64,000 nucleotides of DNA from a virus (IMGVR_UViG_3300033072_000537:1-64000), one strand, 5' to 3'. Shown: positions 34,680 through 44,622, counted from the first letter of the stretch. Translations and numbers: made by a program. The notes: generated by a model not told the origin, from the sequence alone.

Positions 34680-35140
34680 AAACGACCAAGCAGCAGCGCC
34701 TTGAGCACGCCAACGATCTTATCAAAGTGATCGCCTCGCATGGTCGCCGGTTCTTTTTCTATGGCGGAAGCAATGTCTATGACCCGCATACAAAAGCATC
34801 GGTCTTTGTACCCGCAAATCGTTACGCGCGTTTTGAGCTACGCAGCGGACGTCTTTGGTTTATTGATGATTACAGCCAGCGCGCCATCTACATGCACAAG
34901 ACAGGATTCCGCAACAAGTGGCGCGGATTCAGTCACGGCGGTACGCTGCGCGCTCTGGTTGAAGATATGCGTGACTACATCCTCGCATCGACGCCAGTTC
35001 CGCGATGGAAGATCGTAATCCAGCAACTTGGCGCAGAAGGCCTCGATAGAAACATCTGGGGATATGACGTCGAGTCGGCCAAGGCCGTCCGTGCTGCGGC
35101 TTATGCGCTGCCGATCATGGAGGTGGACCATGCCCGCTAA
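34676..35140 (+). CDS. Hypothetical phage protein
   Basis: IASHGRRFF, WRGFSHGGTLR.LV, NIWGY. Confidence 0.7.
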   Translation: MKTTKQQRLEHANDLIKVIASHGRRFFFYGGSNVYDPHTKASVFVPANRYARFELRSGRLWFIDDYSQRAIYMHKTGFRNKWRGFSHGGTLRALVEDMRDYILASTPVPRWKIVIQQLGAEGLDRNIWGYDVESAKAVRAAAYALPIMEVDHAR

Positions 35141-35585
35141 CAAGAAGCCCCGCAAGGACTACCGCCCCCGCGCATCGATCTATCCAGACCTGCACGACGT
35201 CGGAACGATTTTCCGCCCGATTCACACCATGTTCGACCAGCTCCGTGCCGGCGAAGTCGATGCCGTCCGGGGGCGGCCGGTGTTCACGGACTGGATGGGC
35301 GAAATCTGCGAAGTCGTGCCGGCACTCGAGGGCTGGATTTCGTGCTGGCAGCGCATCATCGACGGCGAGCGCTTGGCGATCAAGCTGGACGGTCTGCGCA
35401 AGATCGCGAAGCGGCTCGACCTGGGCGTCATAATGACTGAGGAGGACGTGGAGGCTGGCTGGCGCGAGGTGCTGGCGTGCCAGCGCGCGACGACGCGAAT
35501 TCCGCGCAAGACGCTGGGTTCGTACATGCGCACCGAGCAGATCGCTATCGAGGTCGAGCAACGGGGGTTGACCTATGCTGCCTAG
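35130..35585 (+). CDS. Hypothetical phage protein
   Basis: KKPRKDYRPR N-terminus; GGAGG SD. Confidence 0.6.
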   Translation: MPANKKPRKDYRPRASIYPDLHDVGTIFRPIHTMFDQLRAGEVDAVRGRPVFTDWMGEICEVVPALEGWISCWQRIIDGERLAIKLDGLRKIAKRLDLGVIMTEEDVEAGWREVLACQRATTRIPRKTLGSYMRTEQIAIEVEQRGLTYAA

Positions 35586-36003
35586 ATCACTGCACCCGAC
35601 CATGGGGAAGCTGCGCAAGCTGTTCGAGGCTGGCAATCGCCTGTCAGCCTTTGACGCTGAAGCCCGGCTTTTCGTCGATGCCCGCAACGCGCGCGAGTAT
35701 CTGAAAATCCTCCACGCCGAGAAGTTCATCTACATCCATTCCTGGGTGCGTCCCGGCAATCACGGGAAATGGACGCCGATCTATGCGCTAAAGCGCGACG
35801 AGGACGACAGGGACGTGAAGTCGCCTGCCGCGCTCAAGGAGGCGGAAATCAGTAGGCGCTTTCGCCCCAAACCTGAGAAATGGGAGCACGAGATCAAGCA
35901 GGCGAGGATTCGCCGTGCCGGGCGCAAGTACGTGGAGCAGGTGGTTCAGCTCGACCCGCTGATGGCGGCTCTCAATCGTGACGCCACCATTGCTGGATCA
36001 TGA
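35575..36003 (+). CDS. Winged-helix-like protein
   Basis: AREYLKILH...IYIHSW; C-terminal DPLMAAL. Confidence 0.55.
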   Translation: MLPRSLHPTMGKLRKLFEAGNRLSAFDAEARLFVDARNAREYLKILHAEKFIYIHSWVRPGNHGKWTPIYALKRDEDDRDVKSPAALKEAEISRRFRPKPEKWEHEIKQARIRRAGRKYVEQVVQLDPLMAALNRDATIAGS

Positions 36004-36431
36004 GCGAAACCAAAGTTGTTGTTCCGAGCGTCCTCCTGGAGCTCTCGCGCCAGGGGGCGACCGGCTTCCGCGTCAATACCGGTACCGGATGGATCGGCAC
36101 CGGTAAGCCGGTCCGTATCACGAAGCCGATGACGGTCACGCTCCGCCCTGGTGACGTGGTCCTGCGTGGCCCGGTCCGCCCCCTGAATGCCGGCCTGGTC
36201 AAGGGCGGTAGCGACATCATCGGCTGGGACCAGGTTGTCATCACCCCGGACATGGTCGGCAAGACCATCGCGCAATTCCTGGCTATTGAGTGCAAGGACG
36301 GCAAGGGCCGGCTGTCCGACGAGCAGCGAATCTTTATCAACAATGTCCGTGCAGCGGGTGGCAAGGCCGGCGTCGCATACTGCGCCGATGATGCACGGGA
36401 CATCCTGAAAGGTCACAATATTTCCCCGTAG
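36000..36431 (+). CDS. VRR-NUC domain nuclease
   Basis: FRVNTG, GGSDIIG, FLAIECK..KGRLSDEQ.IF, GGKAGV. Confidence 0.85.
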   Translation: MSETKVVVPSVLLELSRQGATGFRVNTGTGWIGTGKPVRITKPMTVTLRPGDVVLRGPVRPLNAGLVKGGSDIIGWDQVVITPDMVGKTIAQFLAIECKDGKGRLSDEQRIFINNVRAAGGKAGVAYCADDARDILKGHNISP

Positions 36432-36433
36432 TA

Positions 36434-36454
36434 TTATCCTGTTTTGGTTATAAT
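36434..36454 (+). promoter_or_regulatory. Operator-like palindrome and TATAAT box before the primase
   Basis: TTATCCTGTTTTGGTTAT overlapping TATAAT. Confidence 0.55.
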
Positions 36455-36511
36455 CACCGAAAACTAAGCGGCGCAGACCGCATATATGACTTTCACCGCC
36501 TGGGTAAATAT

Positions 36512-39415
36512 ATGAAGAACAACGAGCTAACGCTCGATGCTGTGAGGGAAGCGCTTTCTTTTATTCCTGCCGATGACCGCGACATCTGGGTCAAAATGGC
36601 GATGGCCCTCAAGGATGAGTACGGAGACGAGGCCAAGGACGCCTGGCTCGACTGGTCGTCCACTGCGCTGAACTACAACGCTTCGTCGGCTGATCACGTC
36701 TGGAAATCCGTGTCATCCGGCAAGGTCACCATTGCCAGTCTGATCTACGAAGCCAAGCAGTTCGGCTGGAAGCCGCGCGCAAGTCATCAGCGCCGAGTCA
36801 CGCCCGAGGAGTACGCCCGCAAGCAGGCTGAACGCGAGCGCCGACGTGCTGAGGAGGTTGCCGAGGAGCGCGCAAAGGCCGAGCGTGCAGCCAAGCGTGC
36901 CGCCGATATGTGGGAGAAGGCAGAGCCCGCCGCTGACCATCCGTACCTGGCTCGCAAGGGCATCCAGCCCCATGGCACTCGCCTGCTGCCGATCTGGGAA
37001 CGCCGGCACACCGACACTGAGACAGGCGAGGTCACTACCGTGTCGGTGCTCAATGTGCTGCTGGTGCCGATCTATTCAGGCCCCAAGGCCATTGCCAGCC
37101 TGCAAGCGATTTTCGCCGCGACCGACCCAACCCTTGATCGCGACAAGGACTATCTGCCTGGTGGGCACAAGCAAGGCTGCTACTACACCATCGGCGCCAT
37201 CACCCGCTCGACGCTGCGCGTGATCTTCTGCGAAGGCTTCGCGACTGGTGCCAGCATCCACGAGGCGACCGGCTGCCCGGTGGTTGTCTGCTTCGACGCC
37301 GGAAATCTTCAGCCGGTGGCCGAGGCAGTCCGCGCAAAGCTGCCCGACGTCGAGATCATCATTGCCGGGGATAACGACCTCTGGACCAAGAACAACCCGG
37401 GCGCTCGCAAGGCAAATGCCGCCGCGTGGGCGGTACAGGGTCGCGTTGCTCTGCCAATTTTCGAGGATTACACTAGCGAGCCGACGGACTTTAATGACCT
37501 GCGCGACGCCGATGCTATCCGCGCACAGGTCGATCAGGCCGTCAGCCCGCAAGACCCTGAGCACTACACCCCCGAATGCCGCTGGGTTCCCCCTGACCAG
37601 CCGGCATCGCCCCAGCCGGAGGTGGGCAACAACGAGGTTGATGCTGCCTCGCAAAACGCCGGCAGCGGGAGCCCTGGACAATCCTTTCCTGGGGCCGAAC
37701 CCGCCGTGCAGGACTCCCCGCCGGGCCAGGCTGCGCCAACAGCCCCCGGCGGGGCGCACGATGACGACGACGACCACGACGCGTCCGGCTACTTCACTAT
37801 CAAGGGCTACGACCACGACCGCTATTTTGTGTTCCAGCACGAGCGCAAGCAGCTGGCTGTCTATACCGCTGGCAGTTTCACGGATTCTGGCTTCATCGCG
37901 CTGGCACCGCTGCAATTCTGGGAGATCGAATTCCCGGCAGACTCAGGGTTCAACAAGCGCGCGGCCCTCAACTGGTTCATCCGACTCGCGCACCGCCGCG
38001 GCATCTTCGACCCCAGTCATACCCGAGGTCGTGGTGCCTGGGTGGATCGGGGGCGGATTGTTCTTCACCTGGGCAACGAACTGGTTGTTGACGGCGAGGT
38101 TACGCCGATAACGAAATTCGAGAGCCGCTACGTCTATGAGCTTGACCGCTCACTGCCGCCGCTGTCTGCGAGTGCGCTCGGGTCCGATGAGGGCGAGGAG
38201 CTGCTCGAGCTCGCGGGCCTGTTCCGCTGGACCAAACCGGCCAGTGCGCCCATGCTCGCCGGCTGGTGCGCGCTGGCTCCGCTCTGCGGTGCGCTCCGTT
38301 GGCGTCCGCATATTTGGCTCACGGGTGGAGCTGGTTGCGGCAAATCTAGTATTCTGAACGGATTCGTCCACGTCCTGATGAACGGCATGGACATTTTCGC
38401 CCAAGGCAACTCGACCGAGGCCGGCATCCGGCAGACCCTGCGGCAGGACGCGCTGCCTGTGCTGTTCGACGAGTCCGAGACGAACAACGACCGCGAGAAA
38501 ATGCGCGTCGATGGCGTCCTGGCGATGATCCGGCAGGCCTCAACCGAGTCGGCGGCGCGTACCCTCAAGGGCAGCGCAAGCGGCGACGCCATGGCCTTCC
38601 ACATCCGGTCCATGTTCTGCCTGGCGTCGATCATGGTCGGCATGGAGAAGCAGGCCGACTACGAGCGCCTCGCCGTGCTGGCCCTGCGCCCGAAGCACGA
38701 CAACCCGACCGCAGCGGCCGAGTCCTGGGAGCGCATCAAGAACCGGCTGTATGACCTCGGGCGCGACGAGGATTTACCGGCCCGGCTATTCCGCCGCTCG
38801 CTCAACCTGCTGCCGATCACGCTCAAGAACATCGAGGTGTTCGCTTCAGCTGGGGCCAAGAAGTTCGGCAGCCAGCGCGACGGCGACCAGTACGGGACGC
38901 TCATGGCCGGGGCCTGGAGCCTGATCTCCGACCGCGTCGCAAGCGAAGACGAAGCCATGGAGATGCTCAACCGCTACGAGTGGAACGAGCACATGGAGTA
39001 TGCGGATGCTGACGAGTCCATGCGGGCGCTGCACGCCGTCATGGAGGCCCGGATTCGCCTGCAAGGCGGGCAGGAGTTGGCCGTGCATGAGATCGTCGAG
39101 CTTGCCAAAAATCGCATCGTCGAGGGCGTCGAGATCAGCGCATCGCTGGCCGATACGATCCTGCAGCGCTACGGCATGCGGGTCAGAGATGATTACCTGC
39201 TGTTCTCAAACTCCAGCACTGCGCTCCGCGGCCTTGTGCATGGCAGCTCGTTCGAGTCCGATCTGCGCGGCCACCTGCTGCGCGTTCCAGGAGCCTCCAG
39301 GTTCGACAATCGGCCGGTCAAAATCGGCCCGGCGGTGTCCAAGTGCGTGGCGATTCCGCTGAACCTGATCATTCACGATGACCCGATTATGGGTGACGAC
39401 GACCGCCCATTCTGA
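36512..39415 (+). CDS. Primase-helicase (PriCT-2, Toprim and P-loop helicase domains)
   Basis: ALSFIPADDRDIWVKMAMALK, HPYL.RKGI, CEGFATG, FDAGNL, AGDND, TDFND, GGAGCGKS, VLFDESE. Confidence 0.9.
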   Translation: MKNNELTLDAVREALSFIPADDRDIWVKMAMALKDEYGDEAKDAWLDWSSTALNYNASSADHVWKSVSSGKVTIASLIYEAKQFGWKPRASHQRRVTPEEYARKQAERERRRAEEVAEERAKAERAAKRAADMWEKAEPAADHPYLARKGIQPHGTRLLPIWERRHTDTETGEVTTVSVLNVLLVPIYSGPKAIASLQAIFAATDPTLDRDKDYLPGGHKQGCYYTIGAITRSTLRVIFCEGFATGASIHEATGCPVVVCFDAGNLQPVAEAVRAKLPDVEIIIAGDNDLWTKNNPGARKANAAAWAVQGRVALPIFEDYTSEPTDFNDLRDADAIRAQVDQAVSPQDPEHYTPECRWVPPDQPASPQPEVGNNEVDAASQNAGSGSPGQSFPGAEPAVQDSPPGQAAPTAPGGAHDDDDDHDASGYFTIKGYDHDRYFVFQHERKQLAVYTAGSFTDSGFIALAPLQFWEIEFPADSGFNKRAALNWFIRLAHRRGIFDPSHTRGRGAWVDRGRIVLHLGNELVVDGEVTPITKFESRYVYELDRSLPPLSASALGSDEGEELLELAGLFRWTKPASAPMLAGWCALAPLCGALRWRPHIWLTGGAGCGKSSILNGFVHVLMNGMDIFAQGNSTEAGIRQTLRQDALPVLFDESETNNDREKMRVDGVLAMIRQASTESAARTLKGSASGDAMAFHIRSMFCLASIMVGMEKQADYERLAVLALRPKHDNPTAAAESWERIKNRLYDLGRDEDLPARLFRRSLNLLPITLKNIEVFASAGAKKFGSQRDGDQYGTLMAGAWSLISDRVASEDEAMEMLNRYEWNEHMEYADADESMRALHAVMEARIRLQGGQELAVHEIVELAKNRIVEGVEISASLADTILQRYGMRVRDDYLLFSNSSTALRGLVHGSSFESDLRGHLLRVPGASRFDNRPVKIGPAVSKCVAIPLNLIIHDDPIMGDDDRPF

Positions 39416-39444
39416 TCAACACCGATTACCAGGCAGTACCCTTT

Positions 39445-39468
39445 GCCGCCCTTCGGGGCGGTTTTTTT
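39445..39468 (+). terminator. Intrinsic terminator
   Basis: GCCGCCC-TTCG-GGGCGGT followed by a T run. Confidence 0.8.
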
Positions 39469-39534
39469 GTGCCCGCCGTTCGGGGGCGGTGGCTGGCGGT
39501 AAATTTGGCCGCTCGGCGCTAATCACCTGAAATG

Positions 39535-39810
39535 GGCAATGGTTATTTACCAAGTCGGTTTTGGTAACCGATTTTTAACCAGCAGTTTTCAATGAAATCA
39601 ATGGCTTAACCGTTTACCGGATTTTCCGGGGGATAGAGACTATGTGTGTGTGCGCGTGTGTGTGCGTGCGCGCACGCATGTGTGTACGTATAGGATTATA
39701 TTATTTTGGTAAATTTGGTTAATTGGTTAAGTATATGAATTGAAAGGGGGATTTCTTAACCAAGCCTTAACCAGCGGTTACCTGTCGGTTAAAGCACCGA
39801 ATTCGGATAA
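39535..39810. other. Probable replication origin
   Basis: Non-coding, AT-rich, directly after the primase-helicase; many GGTTA/GGTAA/TAACC/TTACC repeats flank a 52-nt alternating pyrimidine-purine core. Confidence 0.6.
39641..39692. repeat. Perfect 52-nt alternating pyrimidine-purine tract
   Basis: TATGTGTGTGTGCGCGTGTGTGTGCGTGCGCGCACGCATGTGTGTACGTATA. Confidence 0.9.
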
Positions 39811-39890
39811 TTCACCCGATTTCACGCATTGCCCACTTACCCCAAATACCGCCGTGATAAAATCCGCCCCACCGCATACAAGGGGCAGGC

Positions 39891-40445
39891 ATGCAATCAC
39901 CAACCGTCGAGTATTCAACCAGGGCTGACTGCCCCGGCACGTTCTTTCGCTGCGAACCCAATCGAGCGACTCTGACGGTTTCATCCTGCGCTCGAATGTG
40001 GGAACAGGCCAACGCAAAAGGCCGCCGGCAAGACCCATGCGACCGCCTACACCACTGTTTCGGATGCGAGCTGGGAGCAACCCATGCGGGCGTCGAAATC
40101 GTGCGATCCAACCACCTCTACGGCGCCCGCATCTGCTCCCGTTGCCATCGCCCATCAAACCGGCTGATCCACGGCGAGCACTGCACCTCGTGTTATAACC
40201 GTCAAAGAGAGGTCGAGATCGGCCGCAACGGCAAAGGCACCCGACCGGTAAAACACGCCCACCTACACGCCTGCCGGCTGCTCGTCGCAATCAACGGCCA
40301 ACCCCAGGCCAAACGGTTTGAGCGCATCGCCGACACAGCCGAGGCGATTGTGTCCGTGCTCAGGCACGCGCAAGGCGTCGTGGTCTTCGGGTTCAAGGGC
40401 ATCATCCAGTCCAGCCCGCGCCCGGTCCAGCTGGAGCTGTTCTGA
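39891..40445 (+). CDS. Cys-rich zinc-binding protein
   Basis: CxxC pairs (CFGC, CSRC, CTSC); GRNGKG. Confidence 0.65.
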   Translation: MQSPTVEYSTRADCPGTFFRCEPNRATLTVSSCARMWEQANAKGRRQDPCDRLHHCFGCELGATHAGVEIVRSNHLYGARICSRCHRPSNRLIHGEHCTSCYNRQREVEIGRNGKGTRPVKHAHLHACRLLVAINGQPQAKRFERIADTAEAIVSVLRHAQGVVVFGFKGIIQSSPRPVQLELF

Positions 40446-40684
40446 TGGCGCTCTGGAAACTGACCGACCACGCATGCCGGCATTGCCTGGCCCGCCTGCT
40501 GGTGTCCGAGGACGGTAAGCGCGTCATGTGCCCAAACTGCGAGGCCGCAGCCGATGACGGCGTGAAATCGCTGTGCGCGTGCGGCATGAAACTGAAGTCA
40601 GGCAAGTCAGCCGGTCTGCGCTGCATACGCAACCCCAACCCGACCGACGAGATGCCGTCCAGGATCGTCGCCAGCGCGATATGA
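40445..40684 (+). CDS. Small zinc-ribbon protein
   Basis: CRHC, CPNC, CACG. Confidence 0.65.
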   Translation: MALWKLTDHACRHCLARLLVSEDGKRVMCPNCEAAADDGVKSLCACGMKLKSGKSAGLRCIRNPNPTDEMPSRIVASAI

Positions 40685-41202
40685 GCGACGATCTCAACCT
40701 AGCCGAGTACGAGGTGCCGGCTGACACGGAAAACGGCCCCAAGGCGATTTGCGAGCTCCTGGTGGTGACGTGCAACGAGTTCGCCCACCTGCGCGAAGGC
40801 GAGCCCCGCATCCTGATCCTGTTCCGTACCATCCCCAAGGTGAAGGGGGGGAGGGCAGTCCTCGGCGAGTGCTGTATGCCGACCGTTCAGGGCAGCCTGC
40901 GCAGCATGTTCGAGTGGCTCATGGTCGAGCGCTTCGGGTTCTATCCGGACTTCATGATCCTGCTCGACCGCGACTGGTGGAACGAGGCCGACGAGCGAAG
41001 CCGGGAAGCGCTCATGTTCCACGAGCTCATGCACGCCGACCAGGCCGTCGATCAGTACGGGGCGCCGAGGTTCAACAAGGAAACCGGCGAGCCTTGCTGG
41101 CGCATCCGTGGCCACGACATCGAGGAGTTCAACGCCGTGGTGGAAAGGTACGGGGCGTGGCTTCCGGATATTCGGGCGTTTATCGAGGCATCGAAGGGCT
41201 AG
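40681..41202 (+). CDS. Putative phage metallopeptidase
   Basis: HELMH zincin motif, HDIEEF..VV.RYG. Confidence 0.8.
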   Translation: MSDDLNLAEYEVPADTENGPKAICELLVVTCNEFAHLREGEPRILILFRTIPKVKGGRAVLGECCMPTVQGSLRSMFEWLMVERFGFYPDFMILLDRDWWNEADERSREALMFHELMHADQAVDQYGAPRFNKETGEPCWRIRGHDIEEFNAVVERYGAWLPDIRAFIEASKG

Positions 41203-41329
41203 TCTCAAGTCTCATGAGACACATTGAGAATGGCCCCGGACCAATAAACACAAGGGTTTGCGGCTTCGGCTGTTCAATTTTGGATAACAGATACTTGGAG
41301 CGTCTCACTCGCAATGAGACGATGAAACG

Positions 41330-41938
41330 ATGGCAGGGAACAAAGACACATCCGCGCTGAAGGAGGCCGTAATCGCCGAGCTGCGCGACGCGATCAAAAA
41401 CTACGGGACAGAAGCCGCCCCCAAGCTGGTCCGCGAGCGCTACCCGGACATCGCCAAGCCGACCTGGTATCGCTGGCTGAAGGAGGTACAGGCGACGCCG
41501 ATGGATGTCGCGGTTCAAACGGCGGTGAAGGCTGCCGCCAAGCATCTGCCGGTTGCGCCGCCGCCGTCGTACATCAACGAGCGCCCGGTCGAGGCCCGCC
41601 AGGGTATCAACTTCATGGAGCGGCTCGAGCACCTTTACGCCGATGCCGAGATGCTGCGCGCCTGGTCGACGTCGAAGGTGACCGACGCCAGCGGCAAGGA
41701 GTCAGAGCGCATCAAAGTGCCGGCGTTCTTCTCGCAGTCGATCAAGCTGCGCTCCGACCTGTTGGAAACCGCCGTCCGTACCGTGCAGCAGTTCTACGAC
41801 CTGCGCCGCATGCAGCAGTTCTACGACTCCGTGCTGGAGGAAATCGCAGCTGAGTCGCCAGAAGTCGCACAGCGTATCACTGAGCGGCTGGCCCGCCTGG
41901 ATTCGGAAATGGGAATGACGGTCAATGCGCGCGTGTGA
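41330..41938 (+). CDS. HTH protein, candidate terminase small subunit
   Basis: PDIAKPTWYRW HTH plus helical C-terminus; TerS role is inferred. Confidence 0.4.
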   Translation: MAGNKDTSALKEAVIAELRDAIKNYGTEAAPKLVRERYPDIAKPTWYRWLKEVQATPMDVAVQTAVKAAAKHLPVAPPPSYINERPVEARQGINFMERLEHLYADAEMLRAWSTSKVTDASGKESERIKVPAFFSQSIKLRSDLLETAVRTVQQFYDLRRMQQFYDSVLEEIAAESPEVAQRITERLARLDSEMGMTVNARV

Positions 41939-41980
41939 CCGCAAGTAGTTGACACGCCTTAATCAATTTAGGTTAAGATT

Positions 41981-42015
41981 ATCCCGCCCGTTCAACTTCT
42001 GGGCGGGATTTTTTT
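41981..42015 (+). terminator. Intrinsic terminator-like hairpin
   Basis: ATCCCGCCC...GGGCGGGAT followed by a T run. Confidence 0.55.
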
Positions 42016-42065
42016 AGGGGGTTTCAAGTGTCCAAAATTCATTCTTTTGCAAATGGGGTGGCTCA

Positions 42066-42422
42066 ATGAGCGCGGCCAACAACGGAGGGTCGGCGTTTCC
42101 GATCCCTCTCACAGACGAGCAAGAGCAACGCTGGAATCAATCGCCGGAATTGGGTAGCGCGAACGGCATGACCCTGCGCCAGTACGCAGCAATCAAGTTG
42201 CGCGTACCGCAATCAGGAACGGACTGGCTTGATGAGATGATCGTCGAGTCTCGTCGGCAGGACTTGTTCGCGGCGGTTTCTTCTGCGCCGTTTGCTCATC
42301 CTGGTCGCCTCGGAACGGTAGTCGAGGCACTTGAAAAGGCGTCCGATGTCGTCAATGCCACGCGGGAGATTTCGCGGTTCGACGCCATGCTCGCCGCCCG
42401 CGAGAAAGGCGGTGCGGCATGA
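42066..42422 (+). CDS. Hypothetical phage protein (GG.AFP...GMTLR.Y.A family)
   Basis: NGGSAFP, GMTLRQYAA, DAMLAAR. Confidence 0.7.
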   Translation: MSAANNGGSAFPIPLTDEQEQRWNQSPELGSANGMTLRQYAAIKLRVPQSGTDWLDEMIVESRRQDLFAAVSSAPFAHPGRLGTVVEALEKASDVVNATREISRFDAMLAAREKGGAA

Positions 42423-43165
42423 GCCAGCCTTTCCGCCCCTCATTCCCTCACCCGCTTCCGGTTTTTGAGTGCCGGAGCCAAGTAGGCGCGCTCAAGGTCC
42501 GGGCAAAAGTCCCGACAGGCAGCGGGTACGACCTGCATTTCGAGGACGACCGTTTCCCGGTTTTGAGCGTCGGGAGGGATTTGGAATGGCCTTATTTGAT
42601 CTTGCACGAGATTGATCAGGCCGTTGGTTACGTAGTCCAATCCGAGCCTGACGGTGATGTTTTTTTCGTGCGGGGTGATCTTTTCGATGCGCTTGGTTTC
42701 AAGGCGGCGCAGGAAGGAACGGACGGCGTCGAGCCCGCCGCCGCCTTCGAGTCCGGCTACTCGCTGGTGGAGATCGCCGACGGCGCTGTCCAGTCGATGG
42801 ACTTCGGCGACGCAATCCGGGCGCTGAAATCAGGCAAGCGCGTTGCGCGGGCTGGCTGGAATGGCAAGGGGATGTGGCTGTCGCTCTCGGCCCCGGCGTC
42901 AGGCGGCCCGTTCGCGCTCGCCCGCAGCGTCCCCGCTGAGTACTTCTGGAGCGAAAACAACCGCGCCTATGCCGAGGAAAACGGCGGCTTCGCCACCGTG
43001 CTTCCGTGCATCACCATGAAGACCGCGACCGGCGAAATCCTGATGGGCTGGCTTGCCAGCCAGTCGGACATGCTGGCCGTGGATTGGTTGGTCGTTGAGG
43101 CACAGGCAGATGAGGTGTTGCCCGTCGGCCCGGCGACGCAGGCTGCGCGGGAGGTGGGGCAGTGA
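42419..43165 (+). CDS. DUF2829/Tad2-like anti-defence protein with N-terminal extension
   Basis: MDFGDAIRALKSGKRVARAGWNGKGMWL and GWLASQSDMLAVDW. Confidence 0.75.
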   Translation: MSQPFRPSFPHPLPVFECRSQVGALKVRAKVPTGSGYDLHFEDDRFPVLSVGRDLEWPYLILHEIDQAVGYVVQSEPDGDVFFVRGDLFDALGFKAAQEGTDGVEPAAAFESGYSLVEIADGAVQSMDFGDAIRALKSGKRVARAGWNGKGMWLSLSAPASGGPFALARSVPAEYFWSENNRAYAEENGGFATVLPCITMKTATGEILMGWLASQSDMLAVDWLVVEAQADEVLPVGPATQAAREVGQ

Positions 43166-43269
43166 ATCATACCCTGCTCGGCGTCGCCATTGGACTCGTC
43201 GCATTCCTTGTTGCGATGCTGCTGATCTACCTGCTCGTCCCGCCGGCCAAGGCCCCTGGCGGTTGGTAG
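43162..43269 (+). CDS. 35-aa membrane peptide
   Basis: GTGA overlap, GGAGG SD, hydrophobic helix. Confidence 0.45.
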   Translation: MNHTLLGVAIGLVAFLVAMLLIYLLVPPAKAPGGW

Positions 43270-43387
43270 TCAGCCTCTGAATCTGGACGTCAGGCATCCG
43301 CCGGCCTGACGCATCAAAGACTTACGGCGGCAACCGGAATTTCGGGCGCACATCGGGCGCACCAACAACCAAGAAGGGAAGCAACCC

Positions 43388-44020
43388 ATGAGCAACGCAT
43401 TCAGCAACGCCCTGGCGCTTGAGAGCGTCGGCGAACTTGGCATCTTTGACGCTGCCACTGGCACCTACTCTGGCGTCACCCATGATGATCTTGTCAGATA
43501 CGCTCGCACCGTCGCTTACAAAGTTTTCCACAACCTCAAGCTCGGCCACACCATGAGCAAGGAAGACGATCCGCTTACGGTCGACGGGGTCAGTGCTGCA
43601 AATGTCTGGGCGGATCACTACGAGTTCGTATCCGAGAATCCGCTCTGCGGAGAGTGGTATCGCGTCCCGTATCCGCCTACTGATGCCATGAAAGACGCTT
43701 GGAACAACGACGATAGCAATGACTTCAATACGGCATATCTCGCGATGGTTCATGCTTCGCCAGCCGCCGACCAGTGCTGCGGCAAGTGCGAGAAGCCGGA
43801 CGGCCGCGCCCCGCAATACACCGACCTCGAGCAGCGCCTGGCCGCAGACCTTCACGCTGCGCAGCACCTGCTGGCCATCGCCACGCATAAGCTGGGTGGC
43901 ACGATGGTTGTCACTCCCGGAGACGCTGATGTGCCGCATCGGTCGACGCTCGGCGGTTCGGTTGATCCCGAGACCGGCAACTACATCCTGACGCTGGTTC
44001 AGGCACCGGCGGTGCAGTGA
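43388..44020 (+). CDS. Hypothetical phage protein
   Basis: 210-aa ORF with SD; PTDAMK.A motif. Confidence 0.6.
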   Translation: MSNAFSNALALESVGELGIFDAATGTYSGVTHDDLVRYARTVAYKVFHNLKLGHTMSKEDDPLTVDGVSAANVWADHYEFVSENPLCGEWYRVPYPPTDAMKDAWNNDDSNDFNTAYLAMVHASPAADQCCGKCEKPDGRAPQYTDLEQRLAADLHAAQHLLAIATHKLGGTMVVTPGDADVPHRSTLGGSVDPETGNYILTLVQAPAVQ

Positions 44021-44622
44021 TGACCCGCGACAATGTTCTGCGGCTGGCGCGCGAGGCTGGGTTCGATCCCGGAACCCCGGCTATTGAGGATTGGCTTGAG
44101 CGCTTCTACGCTCTGGCCGTTGCGGACGAGCGCGCCAGGATGCCGCCACCCCCGCTCGTCGTCGACGTGAGCAGCATTGACCCCGGCGAGCTGGCCGACG
44201 CGATGAAACGCGCCAGGCCTGATTCTGCTCCCGTGCTTGTGCCTGTGCAGGCGACCCGCAAGCAGCACATCGACGCACTGGTCGGAGACCGCCTGACAGC
44301 CGACAAGGCAGACCACATCTGCGAACGTGACGGCTACGCTGTTACGGGGGTGGTGCTGACCCTGCCCGATGGCCGGGCCTGCATCGTCAATCGTTCGGCT
44401 GTTCGCTGGCTGCACGGCGAAACCGATCTGTGGAACCTTCTGCACACCGATAGCGCTCTGAACCAGCGGCTGATCGCCGAGGCTGTGGACGCCGAGCGCG
44501 AGGCGTTCGCGAAGGTGTGCGACGTGATCCGCCGTCACCTCAAACCGGATGCTCAACAACAGAATGCTTGCGAGGCTCTGGAGTCGGCATCGGAAGCCAT
44601 CCGCTCCCGAGGTCAATCATGA
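44017..44622 (+). CDS. Hypothetical phage protein
   Basis: R..VLRLAREAGF, AEREAFAKVC, AIRSRG. Confidence 0.65.
   Translation: MMTRDNVLRLAREAGFDPGTPAIEDWLERFYALAVADERARMPPPPLVVDVSSIDPGELADAMKRARPDSAPVLVPVQATRKQHIDALVGDRLTADKADHICERDGYAVTGVVLTLPDGRACIVNRSAVRWLHGETDLWNLLHTDSALNQRLIAEAVDAEREAFAKVCDVIRRHLKPDAQQQNACEALESASEAIRSRGQS

Noticed and set aside
39641-39692. Eukaryotic microsatellite contamination or assembly artefact
   Set aside because: The tract is a mixed TG/CG/CA/TA alternation embedded in ordered repeats directly after the primase, not a pure repeat; read support should still be checked.
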